DNA of 62,236 nt, counting the filler, from Babesia bigemina (lineage: Eukaryota), in assembly GCF_000981445.1 (NCBI RefSeq). It is 9 parts of 9 records of this genome, joined end to end, with 100 filler letters (N's around TTAATTAATTAA, not from the genome) between each part and the next. Parts side by side here need not be neighbours in the genome. Positions count along the whole stretch, not along the records: positions 7,452 to 14,801 come from NW_012237115.1; positions 14,902 to 24,237 come from NW_012237116.1; 7 more parts are not named here. The stretch is one strand, 5' to 3'. This document shows positions 10,401 through 22,183 of the stretch, piece by piece (the stretch's first letter is position 1; every line of letters starts with the position of its first letter). Under the pieces are notes generated by a model that did no database searches, was not told the DNA's origin, and worked only from the letters and a program-made list of their open reading frames with translations. The position numbers and the translations under genes are program-made.

Positions 10401-13347
10401 CTCGCAATTTGGTTTTAATTTCACCTAATTCAACTTTGAGGCATTCCATAACTTTACTAATTGCATCGGATTGGCATTGAAGCTCGCCTTTTTGCAGACT
10501 ACTGATTTTTCCTTTAATAGCACTTAGGCTTCGTTCCTCACCATTAATATCTTTTCCGATCTTAATAACCATAGCTTTCAATACATTCATGACGCCTAGG
10601 CTTCCTTGACTAGTGCCTAGTTCGTCAGTTATCAGCAACCGTTTGAGTGTGTCCGTGAAATTGTCCAGGGCATCGGTGATGGCGCCGTGTAGCTTGGTAA
10701 TTTCACCATTGATGTCGGTTCCCCTGCCGTATTTTCTATAATCGATTACTTTGAGAACATCCATATCTTTGTCGATCTCTTGTATCTGTTTTTCAAGTTT
10801 CTTTTTACCTCCACCGTCAGTGGCTCCAATTCGTGGTTCGCCTGTGTAATTTTTCATTAGCACTGCAACGTTAGCGGGCGTTTTATTAGCCCCCTTAAAC
10901 TGGACTTCAACTTTCCCATCAATTGCATTAACTTGATCCGCAAACTCACCGCCGTCGGAGTTATCACCAATACCTTTCACGAGTCTACTGGTAAGCTCAG
11001 TAGCAATTTCTAGTGCGCTTTTGACATTATTTATGTTCGGCCCGCCGACGCTGTCTCCGATCAACAAATTCAGCTCAATGGAAGTCCTCCTACATTTCTC
11101 AATCAGTTCGGACAGGATGGGATGGATCGAGTGTCTGAGATCCTTATTGTCGTCGGCGATGCGAGATGTCACCCAATTCGGATCATCTTTTATTGCAATG
11201 TAGATGTTACTAATTTTATCATCATTGATGGTCTTATGAAGTTCCGCTGCATACACATTCAAAAATTGCTGCATTTGTTCCAAATCATGTTTTGCATCTC
11301 CGGTGACCTTTATAGGGTTACGCTTTGTAACTTGATCGTATACATCATTCACAAACTTCTCTATAATCTTACTTCTAATTGCAGCACTCAAGTTTTCCGG
11401 TATGCTGAATTTACCAGTTAATCTAGCTGACTTACCTTCCACATACCTCTGAAGTCGCTTATTCACCGTACCATTATTCTGCAAAACATCGGCAATCCAC
11501 ATCTGCATGACATCTCGACCAAATGTGTCTTTGTTTTGGAACTTCTTAACATATTTATTCACGTCCTCCATAATCTGTTTTAGACCATTTCCGCTCTTTC
11601 CCTCGACGAGAATTGTTATATCCTGTTGTATTTTGCTTAAAATCTTGGTCTTAACGTGACTCGTCATCTCTCCAACAATATTCAGCTTCAAAGTATTTAG
11701 ATCTTGTTGGATTTTAGTGTCCAATTCCTGTAGCGTTGCGGCTGCGGCTACCTTGGCCTCTCCAATTTTGTGTTTTGCAGTTTCATACTTGTCCTTTAGC
11801 CAATCAGTTTTCGACTTTAAATTATTGACAGTTGTACTAATATCATCCTTCAGTTTATTGTTCCCTCCATTCACCATTTCTAATGCAGCCATTGCCTTCT
11901 TCTCAGCTTCTTTACGGTATTTATCCACATCGTCAATACATCCCTCCAAGCCTACTAGATGACTGCCAAGTACTCCGTTGGCTTTTTTCAGTGCTTCATT
12001 CGCTGTGTTAATTTCGTCCATTAGATGAGCAAGGGTGCTCTTCCTTCCGTCATCATTCGGTTCAGCATTCAGATCTTTGTGAACTTTCTCAGCAACTCTG
12101 ATGGCTTCAGTCAACACGTGCTCGGCCAGCTCGATCCAATTTTTGAGAGCCATCTGTGCTTCTTGTAATTTTCCTTCAACCTTTCCAATCTCAGAAAAAA
12201 TGCGAGCATTACAATGCTCCATAGCATGCTTGACTTTGAAGTTAGCTTTTACTGCAGTTTCTGCAATCCGCTTTTTCAGCTCGTCAAATTTATCCTCTGT
12301 CAAAGTCAACACATCGTAGAGCTCAGAGTTATTGGATGCGGCAGCGAATTCCTCGATGCCGAGTTTAATGCTGTAATAATCATCTTTCAACTTATTCTGA
12401 AGGCTGTCATCAAGCTGTTTAAATGTATCTTCAACCGACGACATCTGGGCGTACAGCTTGCCGGCCGCTCTAACGCAACTCCTCAAATGCTTCGCAACGT
12501 GCCCCTTTTCATCTGTTCTGGCACCCTTAAGAGACTCAAGCACACCGTTAAATTTGCTAATATGATTGCTATTCAGGTTATTTAACTCTCTTTTAAACCC
12601 CTCACTGTCCTCATTGAACATACGAACATAATCTGCAATGCCCTGAGTCACAGTAGGCAGAGCATTATTGAGCTCGGATTTTCCGTTTTTGTTTTTAAGT
12701 TGTTCAATAGCTTGTTCTAGTTCTTTTGAATATTTTTTGAGATTTTCATCCTCCTTCACCGCACCAAGCACTCCACTCAAAAATCCCATCACCCCGTCAC
12801 ACAGCCTGTCCAAGTCAGAGTAGACAATCCCCTGGCCGTCGTAGCCTTTGGAGTCAGAGTCGAAGCCGAGGAAAGTCTCGAGACCGTCACAAAGATTCTC
12901 TAAGAGCTTTTTAGGCTCATTTGGATGATTATTAAGATTAGTCAAAATTTCACAAAGTTCCTTCACTTTCTTCAAAGCCTCCAACTTGGAGTGCAATTTG
13001 GCTGGGTCAGCAGAGGAAGAGGGGGAAGAAGGAGAAGAAGTAAGATGGTTATTAAGGCTCTTAATACGCTGTTCAGTTTCAGTAATTTCTTTCTTTACTT
13101 GCTTATTAAGCTCACTAATTTTCGCGGTGTCACCAGCCTGGTCAGCAGAGTTGTCAGACACAGAAAGGGTAGTAACATGAGAATTGTAAACATCATTTAG
13201 GTCATTTTTAAGGTGCGGATAAATGTCGAAAACAGCGATAATAGCATTCTTGACAGCTTTCTTAACACTCTCACTCTCACCAACAAAAGCGCCAAGTTGA
13301 CCAGCAAGGTGACCAAGGCTAACAAGCTTGGAGTCAATGTCCTGCAA
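7452..13347 (-). CDS. ves-like variant surface antigen family protein, 3'-truncated by assembly gap
   Basis: ~1965 real codons; GIVYSDLDRLCDGVMGFL, CQP repeat, TM ending at VIRLELL at the contig edge. The ORF-track stop comes from the linker; the track start is TTG and the first in-frame ATG is 12789. Confidence 0.85.
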
Positions 13348-13592
13348 GGCTCTTTTAGTAGCATCGTCAGTAAGAGAATGGGCAGTATCAGCAAGTTATA
13401 ATAATGGTTTAAAGAGGTCATAGCGTTAATAAGACGAAGTAATTCGAGGGATTTGGAGTTAAGGTGAATATGATGGCACATGGTCAGGGCAGTGGCTAGA
13501 GGTGGAAGGAGGGAAGAGAAGAGTGACAAGGCACAAGTTATTGTAATAGTTTAAAGAGCTCATAGCGGTATTATGGCGAGGTGATTCAAAGG

Positions 13593-14801
13593 ATGTAGAG
13601 CGGGTAAAGGGACGATGTGGAGTGGATAAGGGAGCGATGTGGAGTGGATTAGGGAGCGATGTAGAGTGGGTTAGGGAGCGATGTAGAGTGGATAAGGAGC
13701 GATGTAGAGTGGATAAAGGAGCGATGAAGAGTGGGTTAAGGGGCGGTGTAGAGTGGATAAGGGGCGATGTAGAGTGGGTTAAGGGGCGATGTAGAGTGAG
13801 TTAGGGAGCGATGTGGAGTGGGTTAAGGGGCGATGAAGGGTGGGTTAGGGAGCGATGTAGAGTGGGCTAAGGAGCGATGTAGAGTGGGTAAAAGGGCGAT
13901 GTGGAGTGGATAAAGGGGCGATGTGGAGTGGGTTAAGGAGCGGTGTGGAGTGGGTAAAGGAGCGATGTAGAGTGGGTTAAGGGGCGATGTAGAGTGGATA
14001 AAGGGGCGATGTAGAGTGGATAAAGGGGCGATGTAGAGTGGGTAAAGGGGCGATGTAGAGTGGATAAAGGGGCGATGTAGAGTGGATTAGGGAGCGATGT
14101 AGAGTGGATAAGGGGCGATGTAGAGTGGATAAAGGGGCGATGGAGAGTGGGTTAAGGGGCGATGTAGAGTGGATAAAAGAGCGATGTAGAGTGGGTTAGG
14201 GAGCGATGTAGAGTGGGTTAAGGAGCGATGTAGAGTGGATAAAGGGGCGATGTAGAGTGGGTAAAGGGCGATGTAGAGTGGGTAAAGGGCGATGTAGAGT
14301 GGGTTAAGGGAGCGATATAGAGTGGGTTAGGGAGCGATGTAGAGTGGGTAAGGGGCGATGTGGAGTGGATAAAGGGGCGATGTAGAGTGGGTTAGGGGCG
14401 ATGTAGAGTGGATAAAGGTGCGATGTAGAGTGGGTTAGGGAGCGATGTGGAGTGGGTTAAGGGGCGATGAAGGGTGGATTAGGGAGCGATGTAGAGTGGG
14501 TTAAGGGGCGATGTAGAGTGGATAAGGGAGCGATGTGGAGTGGATGAAGGAGCGATGTAGAGTGGGTTAAGGGGCGATGTGGAGTGGGTTAAGGAGCGAT
14601 GTAGAGTGGATAAGGGAGCGATGTGGAGTGGGTTAGGGAGCGATGTAGAGTGGGTTAGGGAGCGATGTAGGGTGGGTTAAGGGGCGATGTAGAGTGGGTT
14701 AGGGAGCGATGTAGAGTGGATAAAGGGGCGATGTGGAGTGGGTTAGGGAGCGATGTAGACTGGATAAAGGGGCGATGTAGAGTGGGTTAGGGAGCGATGT
14801 G
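13593..14801 (-). repeat. 21-22-bp array (G-rich strand on +), 5' of the minus-strand antigen ORF
   Basis: Reverse complement of the 631-1760 unit (GCGATGTAGAGTGGGTTAGGGA). Confidence 0.95.
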
Positions 14802-14901
14802 NNNNNNNNNNNNNNNNNNNNNNNNNNNNNNNNNNNNNNNNNNNNTTAATTAATTAANNNNNNNNNNNNNNNNNNNNNNNNNNNNNNNNNNNNNNNNNNN
14901 N
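14802..14901. other. Artificial contig linker
   Basis: N44-TTAATTAATTAA-N44. Confidence 0.97.
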
Positions 14902-15580
14902 ATCGCCCCTTAACTTACTCCACATCGCTCCCTAATCCACTCTACATCGCCCCTTTATCCACCCTACATCACCCCTTAACCCACCTTACATCGCCCCTTT
15001 ACCCACTCCACATCGCCCCTTTACCCACTCTACATCGCCCCTTATCCACTCTACATCGCCCCTTAACCCACTCTACATCGCCCCTTTACCCACTCTACAT
15101 CGCCCCTTTATCCACCTTACATCGCTCCTTAACCAACTCTACATCGCTCCCTAACCCACTCTACATCGCCCCTTATCCACTCCACATCGCCCCTTTACCC
15201 ACTCTACATCGCTCCCTAACCCACTCCACATCGCTCCCTAACTCACTCTACATCGCCCCTTTATCCACTCTACATCGCCCCTTTACCCACTCTACATCGC
15301 CCCTTATCCACTCTACATCGCTCCCTAACCCACTCTACATCGCCCCTTTACCCACTCTACATCGCCCCTTATCCACTCTACATCGCTCCCTAACCCACTC
15401 TACATCGCCCCTTTAGCCACTCTACATCGCTCCTTTATCCACTCTACATCGCTCCTTTATCCACTCTACATCGCTCCTTATCCACTCTACATCGCTCCCT
15501 AATCCACTCTACATCGCTCCCTAACCCACTCCACATCGCTCCCTAATCCACTCTACATCGCCCCTTTACCCACTCTACAT
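14902..15580 (+). repeat. 21-22-bp C-rich array 5' of antigen ORF
   Basis: Directly visible. Confidence 0.95.
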
Positions 15581-15609
15581 CCTTCAAATCACTTCGCCAT
15601 AATACCGCT

Positions 15610-18600
15610 ATGACCTCTATAAATCATTCTAATAACTTGTGCCTTGTCACCCTTCACTTCCCTCCTTCCACCTCTTGCCACTGCCCTGACCATGTGCCGC
15701 CTAGTGAGCTTGACAAGAAATTTGACAAATTTGATAACCTCAAAAACACCTCAAATAACAACCCTACTAACATCCTTACTAACCTCTGTTCCGGCCTCGA
15801 AAAATTCCTCGGCTTCAATCCATCCTCCAAAGGCTACAACGGCAGTGGTATTGTGTACTCTGACCTGGACAGGCTGTGTGACGGGGTGATGGGATTTTTG
15901 CTTAAATGCCTTGAGGGAAGTAAAGAGTTGTTAACACATTATAATCCTGAAATAACGGAGACTATCGAGCATTTAAATAATTCGATAGGCAAGGGACTTG
16001 GCGTTTCGGGATTTGCCTCCGCCATTGGGAAGGTTAAGAGCGGGCTGCAGGGGTATGAGAGGGTGATGGAGGAGAGGATTAAGGAGGTGAAAACGCCTTT
16101 GGAAACGATGCAAGAGAGATTTAGACAGTTAGAGACGTACTTAAATAATTTTAGTAAAAAGAACCTTAAGACTCAATTGACTCATGTCTCTGAACAGGCT
16201 AGGTTGTACTGGACTGAGGCCAATGGTGTTGCACTGTCAAGTGCAGATTTAGATGACGATCTTAAGAAAAAATTAGAACCTGCGGTGGAGGCAGTAAAAC
16301 AGGCCTCTAAAACGTTTAGAGACGTAACACAAAATTCACACGTTAATACAGAGGCTACTCGTGTTGATACGACATTGATAGAGCATGTAAAACACATAAA
16401 GATGGCGCTTGATTACCAAACCAGGAACGTTCAAACTGCGTTAAATAATGGCTACGAAGCAGTGCAAAAAAGCATAGATGATCTTATTAAGATTAGAGCA
16501 GCACATATGCAAGCTATCACGCGTAGCGTCAGTGACGCTAAAATAACAGTCAGTGATTATGTTGACAACTTCGACAATGAGTTCAAAACGCCCATTAGAG
16601 AAGCATTCGAGGAAATCATAAGAAAGCTTTCTGTAGTAGATTCAAAAAAAAACCAAACACAACTCCGGACGGATGTTGATGATATTAAGAAGAAGCTTAT
16701 GGCATTTGGTGATAAACTCAGCCAACATGTACAGAAGTTAGGAATTGGAATAGAGGCCGCGGAAAATACACGTGCAATGGCTGAACAAAAGGCTGGTGAA
16801 GCGTACGATAAGTTGAAAGAAGAAGACGAGGTTGGTAAAAATGTGAAGTCGAAGCTGGGTGAAGAAATTGACAATATTTTGAAAACTAGGAATAATATAT
16901 CTCTTGTCAATAATAAGCTGATAGAGCAAGTTACGGCGTTAGGAGAGTGGAAGTTAGCTGCGGAGAGAGACGCTGAAAAGGCGGTTAAGTGGTGTAACGC
17001 AATTGTTAAGGCGCTGAAGCCGGATAAAGGTATGACTTTTGCAACGAGGTTTCCAGAGATTACAAAGAAGGTGACTGAACTTAATGAAGCATATACTAAA
17101 ACTAAGCAACGCCTTCAAGAGGTTACTCAATTAACTAAGGAAGCTAATACAAAACTTGGGACTATAAAAGACGATGTCATGTCTCAACTGGGTGCTGATG
17201 TGTCCGGTGCTCTATTAGCGCTGAAGGAGACGTTGAAAGCTTCCAAAAACGTACAGAAGCTTGTGAATCATATCAAAGGTTTGAACAACCGAGATAACAA
17301 ATGTCTCGATATCGGTGGATATACAACAAGTGTTCATCTCAGTATTGACAAAATCACCGGGTCGGAAGTCATCGAACCATGGCTTAAGGAGGTTGAAAAA
17401 GAAATTGAGACACCGCTCATACAAGCTGCGCAGGCCGGTGCTACGGCGCTCGATGGTAAAATTAAAAGTGAAGTTAAAATTACACCATTGGCAACAGTTA
17501 ACGACACTGTGCATAAAGTCGACGATGGGGAAACAAAAACTAAAAAGGGTGATATCGAGCATGCCCTTAACATGGTAAAACTGCAGATGGATGAAATTGC
17601 CAAAAAAGTTGAAAAAAACAACGACGATGATACAATTAGGGGTTATCTGAATCATATTCAAACTGGACTCGGTGGCACAGACAGGTGGACATCGAATAAA
17701 GCCGGCGACGGACAAATTTCTGGGCTACAGAGAATCAATACTGCTATTGGCGCATTGCAATCCACTCTGTCGCAACAGCCAACTGCAATCTATAATGGAG
17801 TTGAGGGAATTAAGATGCAGCTACTTGGCGCCAGAAATGCATTGAAATCTGAGAAAGGGCAAGATGTCTTTTTCACTTTGGGAGATTTGAAGACAAAAAT
17901 TGGTCACGTCAGCAACGGGGACTCCCCTCCTGCAGATAGCCTCGGTGAACTCCGCGTACAACTAGCAGAACTACATGCCTCCGAGTACAACCAATTCGGC
18001 ACAATACTGACAGCTATTACAACAGCGCTTGAGAAAGTTAGTCAATTGGAGAACGTTCCAGGTGAATTAGAAAAGAGTAAAAAAGCGGTTGACAATTCAA
18101 TGGAGCAGTTGCACAAACACCTAAAAACACTGAAACTAAAAATCGAAGCAATAGAATCATCCGTAACAAAAGCTGAAGAATCATTGCAGCAGTACACATC
18201 GAACGTTGAGAGTGCCTTACATAACGCGCATAACAGCTCAATTAAAGCCATCAACCATCTCAATGAGCGCCTTACGACGACTGTCAATTCCAGTTTTGAA
18301 ACCATTAAAAGCGTGATAAGATCCCTCTTCGCGAAGCAGAAGCAGGCCGAGCTGGCCGCGCTGGAGAGCGTTGTCACGGCGCAGTTAAAGGAGATTGAGA
18401 GGGTTATTGAGAATGAAAAAGACAGTGGCGTAAAAGGTTTCATAAAGCGGTTGAACAGCGGTATCGCTGCAAATCTCGATAGATCTGTGCTGACTAACGA
18501 CACCACGTTCGTTCAGTTAGCTATGCGAGTTGCTGGTTATGTCGATCCGTTGTTTGAATTTATAAATGAAGAGTTAACACCGCCAAATTCGAGGTCTGCA

Positions 18601-21159
18601 ACGTCATCTATGTCTCAACCTGTGAACCCTTACGCTTCCAAGGTAGACAAAATCCGGAGTGCGCTGGCCACATTACTAACACGTCTTATCAATGGTAAGA
18701 GCAAAACATACAACTTTGATACTCAATTTGCGCTTGATCTGTCATCAGTTCTGGACGCTGTGAACGAGTTAAGCGCAGTGAAATTTGGCGAGGGCAAGCA
18801 TCCTGAGCTCCTCAACATTCTTAGGAGTGGCATGACAGATCTTGGTAAGGAATTAAGGCATGCCTATATTAATGCATATGATAAAGCTATGATGCCACAG
18901 GTTTTGAAAAATGACAAATTGACAATTGATGCTGAGAAATGTTCAAAAGTATGTCTCACTGTAATCTCCATCCTTGGCCTCTCATTAACCATGTTGAAGG
19001 TTAATTGCTGGAGTCTACGTGGACAGCAGATTAACAGAGATGTTGATCTCGGAAAACTATTAGCTGCAGAGGGATACCATGTGTCTGACCGAGGCGAGCA
19101 GAACGGGGAGCTCCAAGACAAGGACATAATGAAAGGTGACCAAGTTCACAAGAGACTGAGTTGGCCAATTAGCAGCGCCGCTACTGATCATTTGACAACG
19201 TGCAAGCCGAACAACAAAGCAGAGAAATTTGATATATTGGACATTCTCAGATGTCTCTCTGATCATCTTCATCAATATTACAGCGTTCGTCACTACGCCA
19301 CATCATCCGCCACTAGGCAACCGAGCAATATCTACGAAATGCTGTGCTGGCTCATAGGTCTTCCACATAATCCAGTCTATCCACAGTTGTCACTTACCGG
19401 CTTTACTGACCTATTTGAGAAACCGAAGGAAGAAAAGAACGCGGACAATGAAGCCGGGGAAGACATCGTTGCTATTAAGAGTCTCAATGACTTAACCTTG
19501 GAGGCCTACCCGGAAAGCATTACAGTAGACAAACTAACAACAACGCTTGGAGAGGTATGTTCTGGATCAAATTCCGTCCTGACTGCCATCCTAGGAAAGG
19601 GCCACGCGGGTGGCATATATGCTTGCGACTTCTCCAGCAACTCACTAAAATTACGATATGCGACCAATATGGACGCTCTAATTTGTCAGCTTTCGGATAT
19701 ACTGAAACGCGTTTACCGGCAGCTGTACTTCCTTTATCAACAATGTCATTACAATCAAAAACATAGTGGATGGCGCGACTGTTGGTATGGTAGGTACGTT
19801 GGAGGTTCGCACTGGCGATGCAATGACAAGCAATGTGTAACTCAAGACTGTAACCAAAAGGCCCACCAAACATCCAACCAAAACGCTAACCAAATGTGTA
19901 AGCAACACCCGAAGTGCGGGCTTAAGTCACCTCTCCAATCCTTCCTCGAAGATGGACTTCCTGGTTTTATGCCGCATACACTAATATCTGAAAAAGGTAA
20001 ATTAGCATGTTCTCAGAAAAACCACGGTAATCTGCTGTGTCATACGCCAATGGGCTTCAGAGATATAAGTGTAATGGCTTCTCATACGAATAGAGGTACA
20101 CACATCTATATGACTCTCTCCGATTTTTGCGGAGGTAAGTTTTCTCCCCTCACCAGGCTATGTAATTTATTTAATTGTCTACTTCCAAGTGCGCCAAAAT
20201 CACTAGATGATATGTTTGGGTTTTTATACCACTTATTACACAGATGGCATGATGATAATAACAAGGATCGTATGACGCATCGGAAAGAGGCGTTTAACGA
20301 TGCTGTCAAAGAGGCCTGTTTTGATGGAGGCTATGATCTCAGCGAAGTATCGTTATTGTTCACATCGAGAAGGCACACATCTTTCGTTTATAGCGATAAT
20401 AAGGCAAATAATTTATATCATAATGATGGTGATCTGTATAGCATACATAGACCCGAGGATACATGTTACACTGCTAACATGAAATGCGGTGCGTACGTAT
20501 CACCGTTGTCTATGGACATACATTCCACATTGTCGTCGAAACATAAAGCGCTATACCTGTCATGGGTCGTTTACTGTACCGAAACGTTCTACAGTCTTCT
20601 TCGAAAATTATACGATGAGTGCTATAATAATTGCGCATCGGCAAATGCGAAATGCTATAGTCACGGATGCTACAAGGAGTGCCTGATTTCAACTGGAAGC
20701 TTATTCCAAGAGTCGCAGCCTAGTACACACTGGCCGCAATGTAGCTCAATTCTGGATTGTAGAATGACACTGCCCACATTATATAGCTCTGGCATGATAT
20801 TTGGAGATAGGGAAATGCTCGAAGGACAGGTCGGCAGTAAACGATATATAAAAAGAACGTGTAAAGATTTCACTGACCAATTAAAAACTGTCATCGGTGA
20901 CACCTCGGTATTGTCTAAAATAATTCACAAAACAATTCCCGAATTCCTATTCACCATCCGCGCACCGTTCCTGTGGATGACCGTCGCGCTCTGGTCACTG
21001 TCCCTCTTCTACCTCATCTGCGTGATGGTTGGCAGACTGGATGTGCTGCATATCAAGTCACACCTGAGGATACCGTCGTCGCACAAGATAACGCCGCAAT
21101 CATTGTTGGCTGCAGCGCAAGTCGGAAGGCTTGCCAAGATATCGTATCTACAACCGTGA
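15610..21159 (+). CDS. ves-like variant surface antigen family protein (AKISYLQP tail class; CGLKSPLQSFLEDGL subtype)
   Basis: 1849-aa ORF with GIVYSDLDRLCDGVMGFL, Cys-rich C-terminus, TM and LDVLHIKSHLRIPSSHKIT..AKISYLQP. Alternative start at ATG 15889. Confidence 0.85.
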   Translation: MTSINHSNNLCLVTLHFPPSTSCHCPDHVPPSELDKKFDKFDNLKNTSNNNPTNILTNLCSGLEKFLGFNPSSKGYNGSGIVYSDLDRLCDGVMGFLLKCLEGSKELLTHYNPEITETIEHLNNSIGKGLGVSGFASAIGKVKSGLQGYERVMEERIKEVKTPLETMQERFRQLETYLNNFSKKNLKTQLTHVSEQARLYWTEANGVALSSADLDDDLKKKLEPAVEAVKQASKTFRDVTQNSHVNTEATRVDTTLIEHVKHIKMALDYQTRNVQTALNNGYEAVQKSIDDLIKIRAAHMQAITRSVSDAKITVSDYVDNFDNEFKTPIREAFEEIIRKLSVVDSKKNQTQLRTDVDDIKKKLMAFGDKLSQHVQKLGIGIEAAENTRAMAEQKAGEAYDKLKEEDEVGKNVKSKLGEEIDNILKTRNNISLVNNKLIEQVTALGEWKLAAERDAEKAVKWCNAIVKALKPDKGMTFATRFPEITKKVTELNEAYTKTKQRLQEVTQLTKEANTKLGTIKDDVMSQLGADVSGALLALKETLKASKNVQKLVNHIKGLNNRDNKCLDIGGYTTSVHLSIDKITGSEVIEPWLKEVEKEIETPLIQAAQAGATALDGKIKSEVKITPLATVNDTVHKVDDGETKTKKGDIEHALNMVKLQMDEIAKKVEKNNDDDTIRGYLNHIQTGLGGTDRWTSNKAGDGQISGLQRINTAIGALQSTLSQQPTAIYNGVEGIKMQLLGARNALKSEKGQDVFFTLGDLKTKIGHVSNGDSPPADSLGELRVQLAELHASEYNQFGTILTAITTALEKVSQLENVPGELEKSKKAVDNSMEQLHKHLKTLKLKIEAIESSVTKAEESLQQYTSNVESALHNAHNSSIKAINHLNERLTTTVNSSFETIKSVIRSLFAKQKQAELAALESVVTAQLKEIERVIENEKDSGVKGFIKRLNSGIAANLDRSVLTNDTTFVQLAMRVAGYVDPLFEFINEELTPPNSRSATSSMSQPVNPYASKVDKIRSALATLLTRLINGKSKTYNFDTQFALDLSSVLDAVNELSAVKFGEGKHPELLNILRSGMTDLGKELRHAYINAYDKAMMPQVLKNDKLTIDAEKCSKVCLTVISILGLSLTMLKVNCWSLRGQQINRDVDLGKLLAAEGYHVSDRGEQNGELQDKDIMKGDQVHKRLSWPISSAATDHLTTCKPNNKAEKFDILDILRCLSDHLHQYYSVRHYATSSATRQPSNIYEMLCWLIGLPHNPVYPQLSLTGFTDLFEKPKEEKNADNEAGEDIVAIKSLNDLTLEAYPESITVDKLTTTLGEVCSGSNSVLTAILGKGHAGGIYACDFSSNSLKLRYATNMDALICQLSDILKRVYRQLYFLYQQCHYNQKHSGWRDCWYGRYVGGSHWRCNDKQCVTQDCNQKAHQTSNQNANQMCKQHPKCGLKSPLQSFLEDGLPGFMPHTLISEKGKLACSQKNHGNLLCHTPMGFRDISVMASHTNRGTHIYMTLSDFCGGKFSPLTRLCNLFNCLLPSAPKSLDDMFGFLYHLLHRWHDDNNKDRMTHRKEAFNDAVKEACFDGGYDLSEVSLLFTSRRHTSFVYSDNKANNLYHNDGDLYSIHRPEDTCYTANMKCGAYVSPLSMDIHSTLSSKHKALYLSWVVYCTETFYSLLRKLYDECYNNCASANAKCYSHGCYKECLISTGSLFQESQPSTHWPQCSSILDCRMTLPTLYSSGMIFGDREMLEGQVGSKRYIKRTCKDFTDQLKTVIGDTSVLSKIIHKTIPEFLFTIRAPFLWMTVALWSLSLFYLICVMVGRLDVLHIKSHLRIPSSHKITPQSLLAAAQVGRLAKISYLQP

Positions 21160-21304
21160 TCATAGTCACATTTGTAATTCACATCAACTCACGTAACAAC
21201 TCACCTACTCACCTAACCGACAAACGTTGCATAATGTCTCGAATTACTCTAGCGGCAACCTGTGAACTAGATAGCACATAGATTAGGTGATGACTGAACG
21301 ACGA

Positions 21305-22183
21305 AGCTAAGTGCTAAGCAAGCACCCAGGCTAAGTGCTAAGCTGGCAACCAGGCAAAGTGCTAAGCTAGCACCCAGGCTAAGTGCTAAGGTATCAACCA
21401 GGCAAAGTGCTAAGCTAGCAACCAGGCAACGTGCTGAGCAAGCACCCAGGTTAAATGCTAAGCTAGCAACCAGGCAAAGTGTTGACCTAGCACACAGGCA
21501 AAGTGCTGAGCTAGCACACAAGCTAAGTGCTAAGCTAGCAACCAGGCAAAGTGCTAAGCTAGTACCCAGGCAAAGTGCTAACCTAGCACACAGGCAAAGT
21601 GCTAACCTAGCAACCAGGCAACGTGGTAAGCTGGCACGCAGGCAAAGTGTTATGCTAGCAACCAGGCAACTGGTAACCTAGCACCCAGGCAAAGTGCTAA
21701 GCTAGGACGCAAGCAAAGTGATAAGCTGGCAACCAGGCAAAGTGTTGACCTAGCAACCAGGCAAAGTGCTGAACTGGCACCCAGGCAAAGTGGTAACCTA
21801 GCACACAGGCAAGGTGCTAAGCTAGCACACAGGCAAAGTGCTAACCTAGCAACCAAGCAAAGTGCTAAGCTAGCAACCAGGCAACGTGATGACCTAGCAC
21901 ACAGGCAAAGTGCTAACCTAGCAACCAGGCAAAGTGTCAACCTAGCATCCAGGCAAAGTGCTAAGCTGGTAACCAGGCAAAGTGGTAAGCTAGCAACCAG
22001 GCAAAGTGCTAAGCTGGCACCCAGGCTAAGTGCTAAGAAAGCACCCAGGCAAAGTGGTAAGCTAGCAACCAGGCAAAGTGGTAAGCTAGCAACCAGGCAA
22101 CGTGCTGAGCAAGCACCCAGGCAAAGTGGTAAGATAGCACCCAACCAAAGTGCTAACCTAGCACCCAGGCAAAGTGGTAAGCT
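21305..22183 (+). repeat. 24-bp tandem repeat CAGGCAAAGTGCTAA(G/C)CTAGCA(A/C)C
   Basis: Directly visible. Confidence 0.95.

Noticed and set aside
13407..13413. T-TTA-AAC slippery heptamer (minus strand) as a programmed -1 frameshift joining the ATG to the main ORF
   Set aside because: The -1 frame hits TAA within four codons, and the heptamer is not conserved in the 53057 copy
13347..15610. Head-to-head gene pair with inverted arrays, resembling the B. bovis ves1alpha/ves1beta bidirectional locus
   Set aside because: The inversion point is exactly an artificial gap, so adjacency is unsupported
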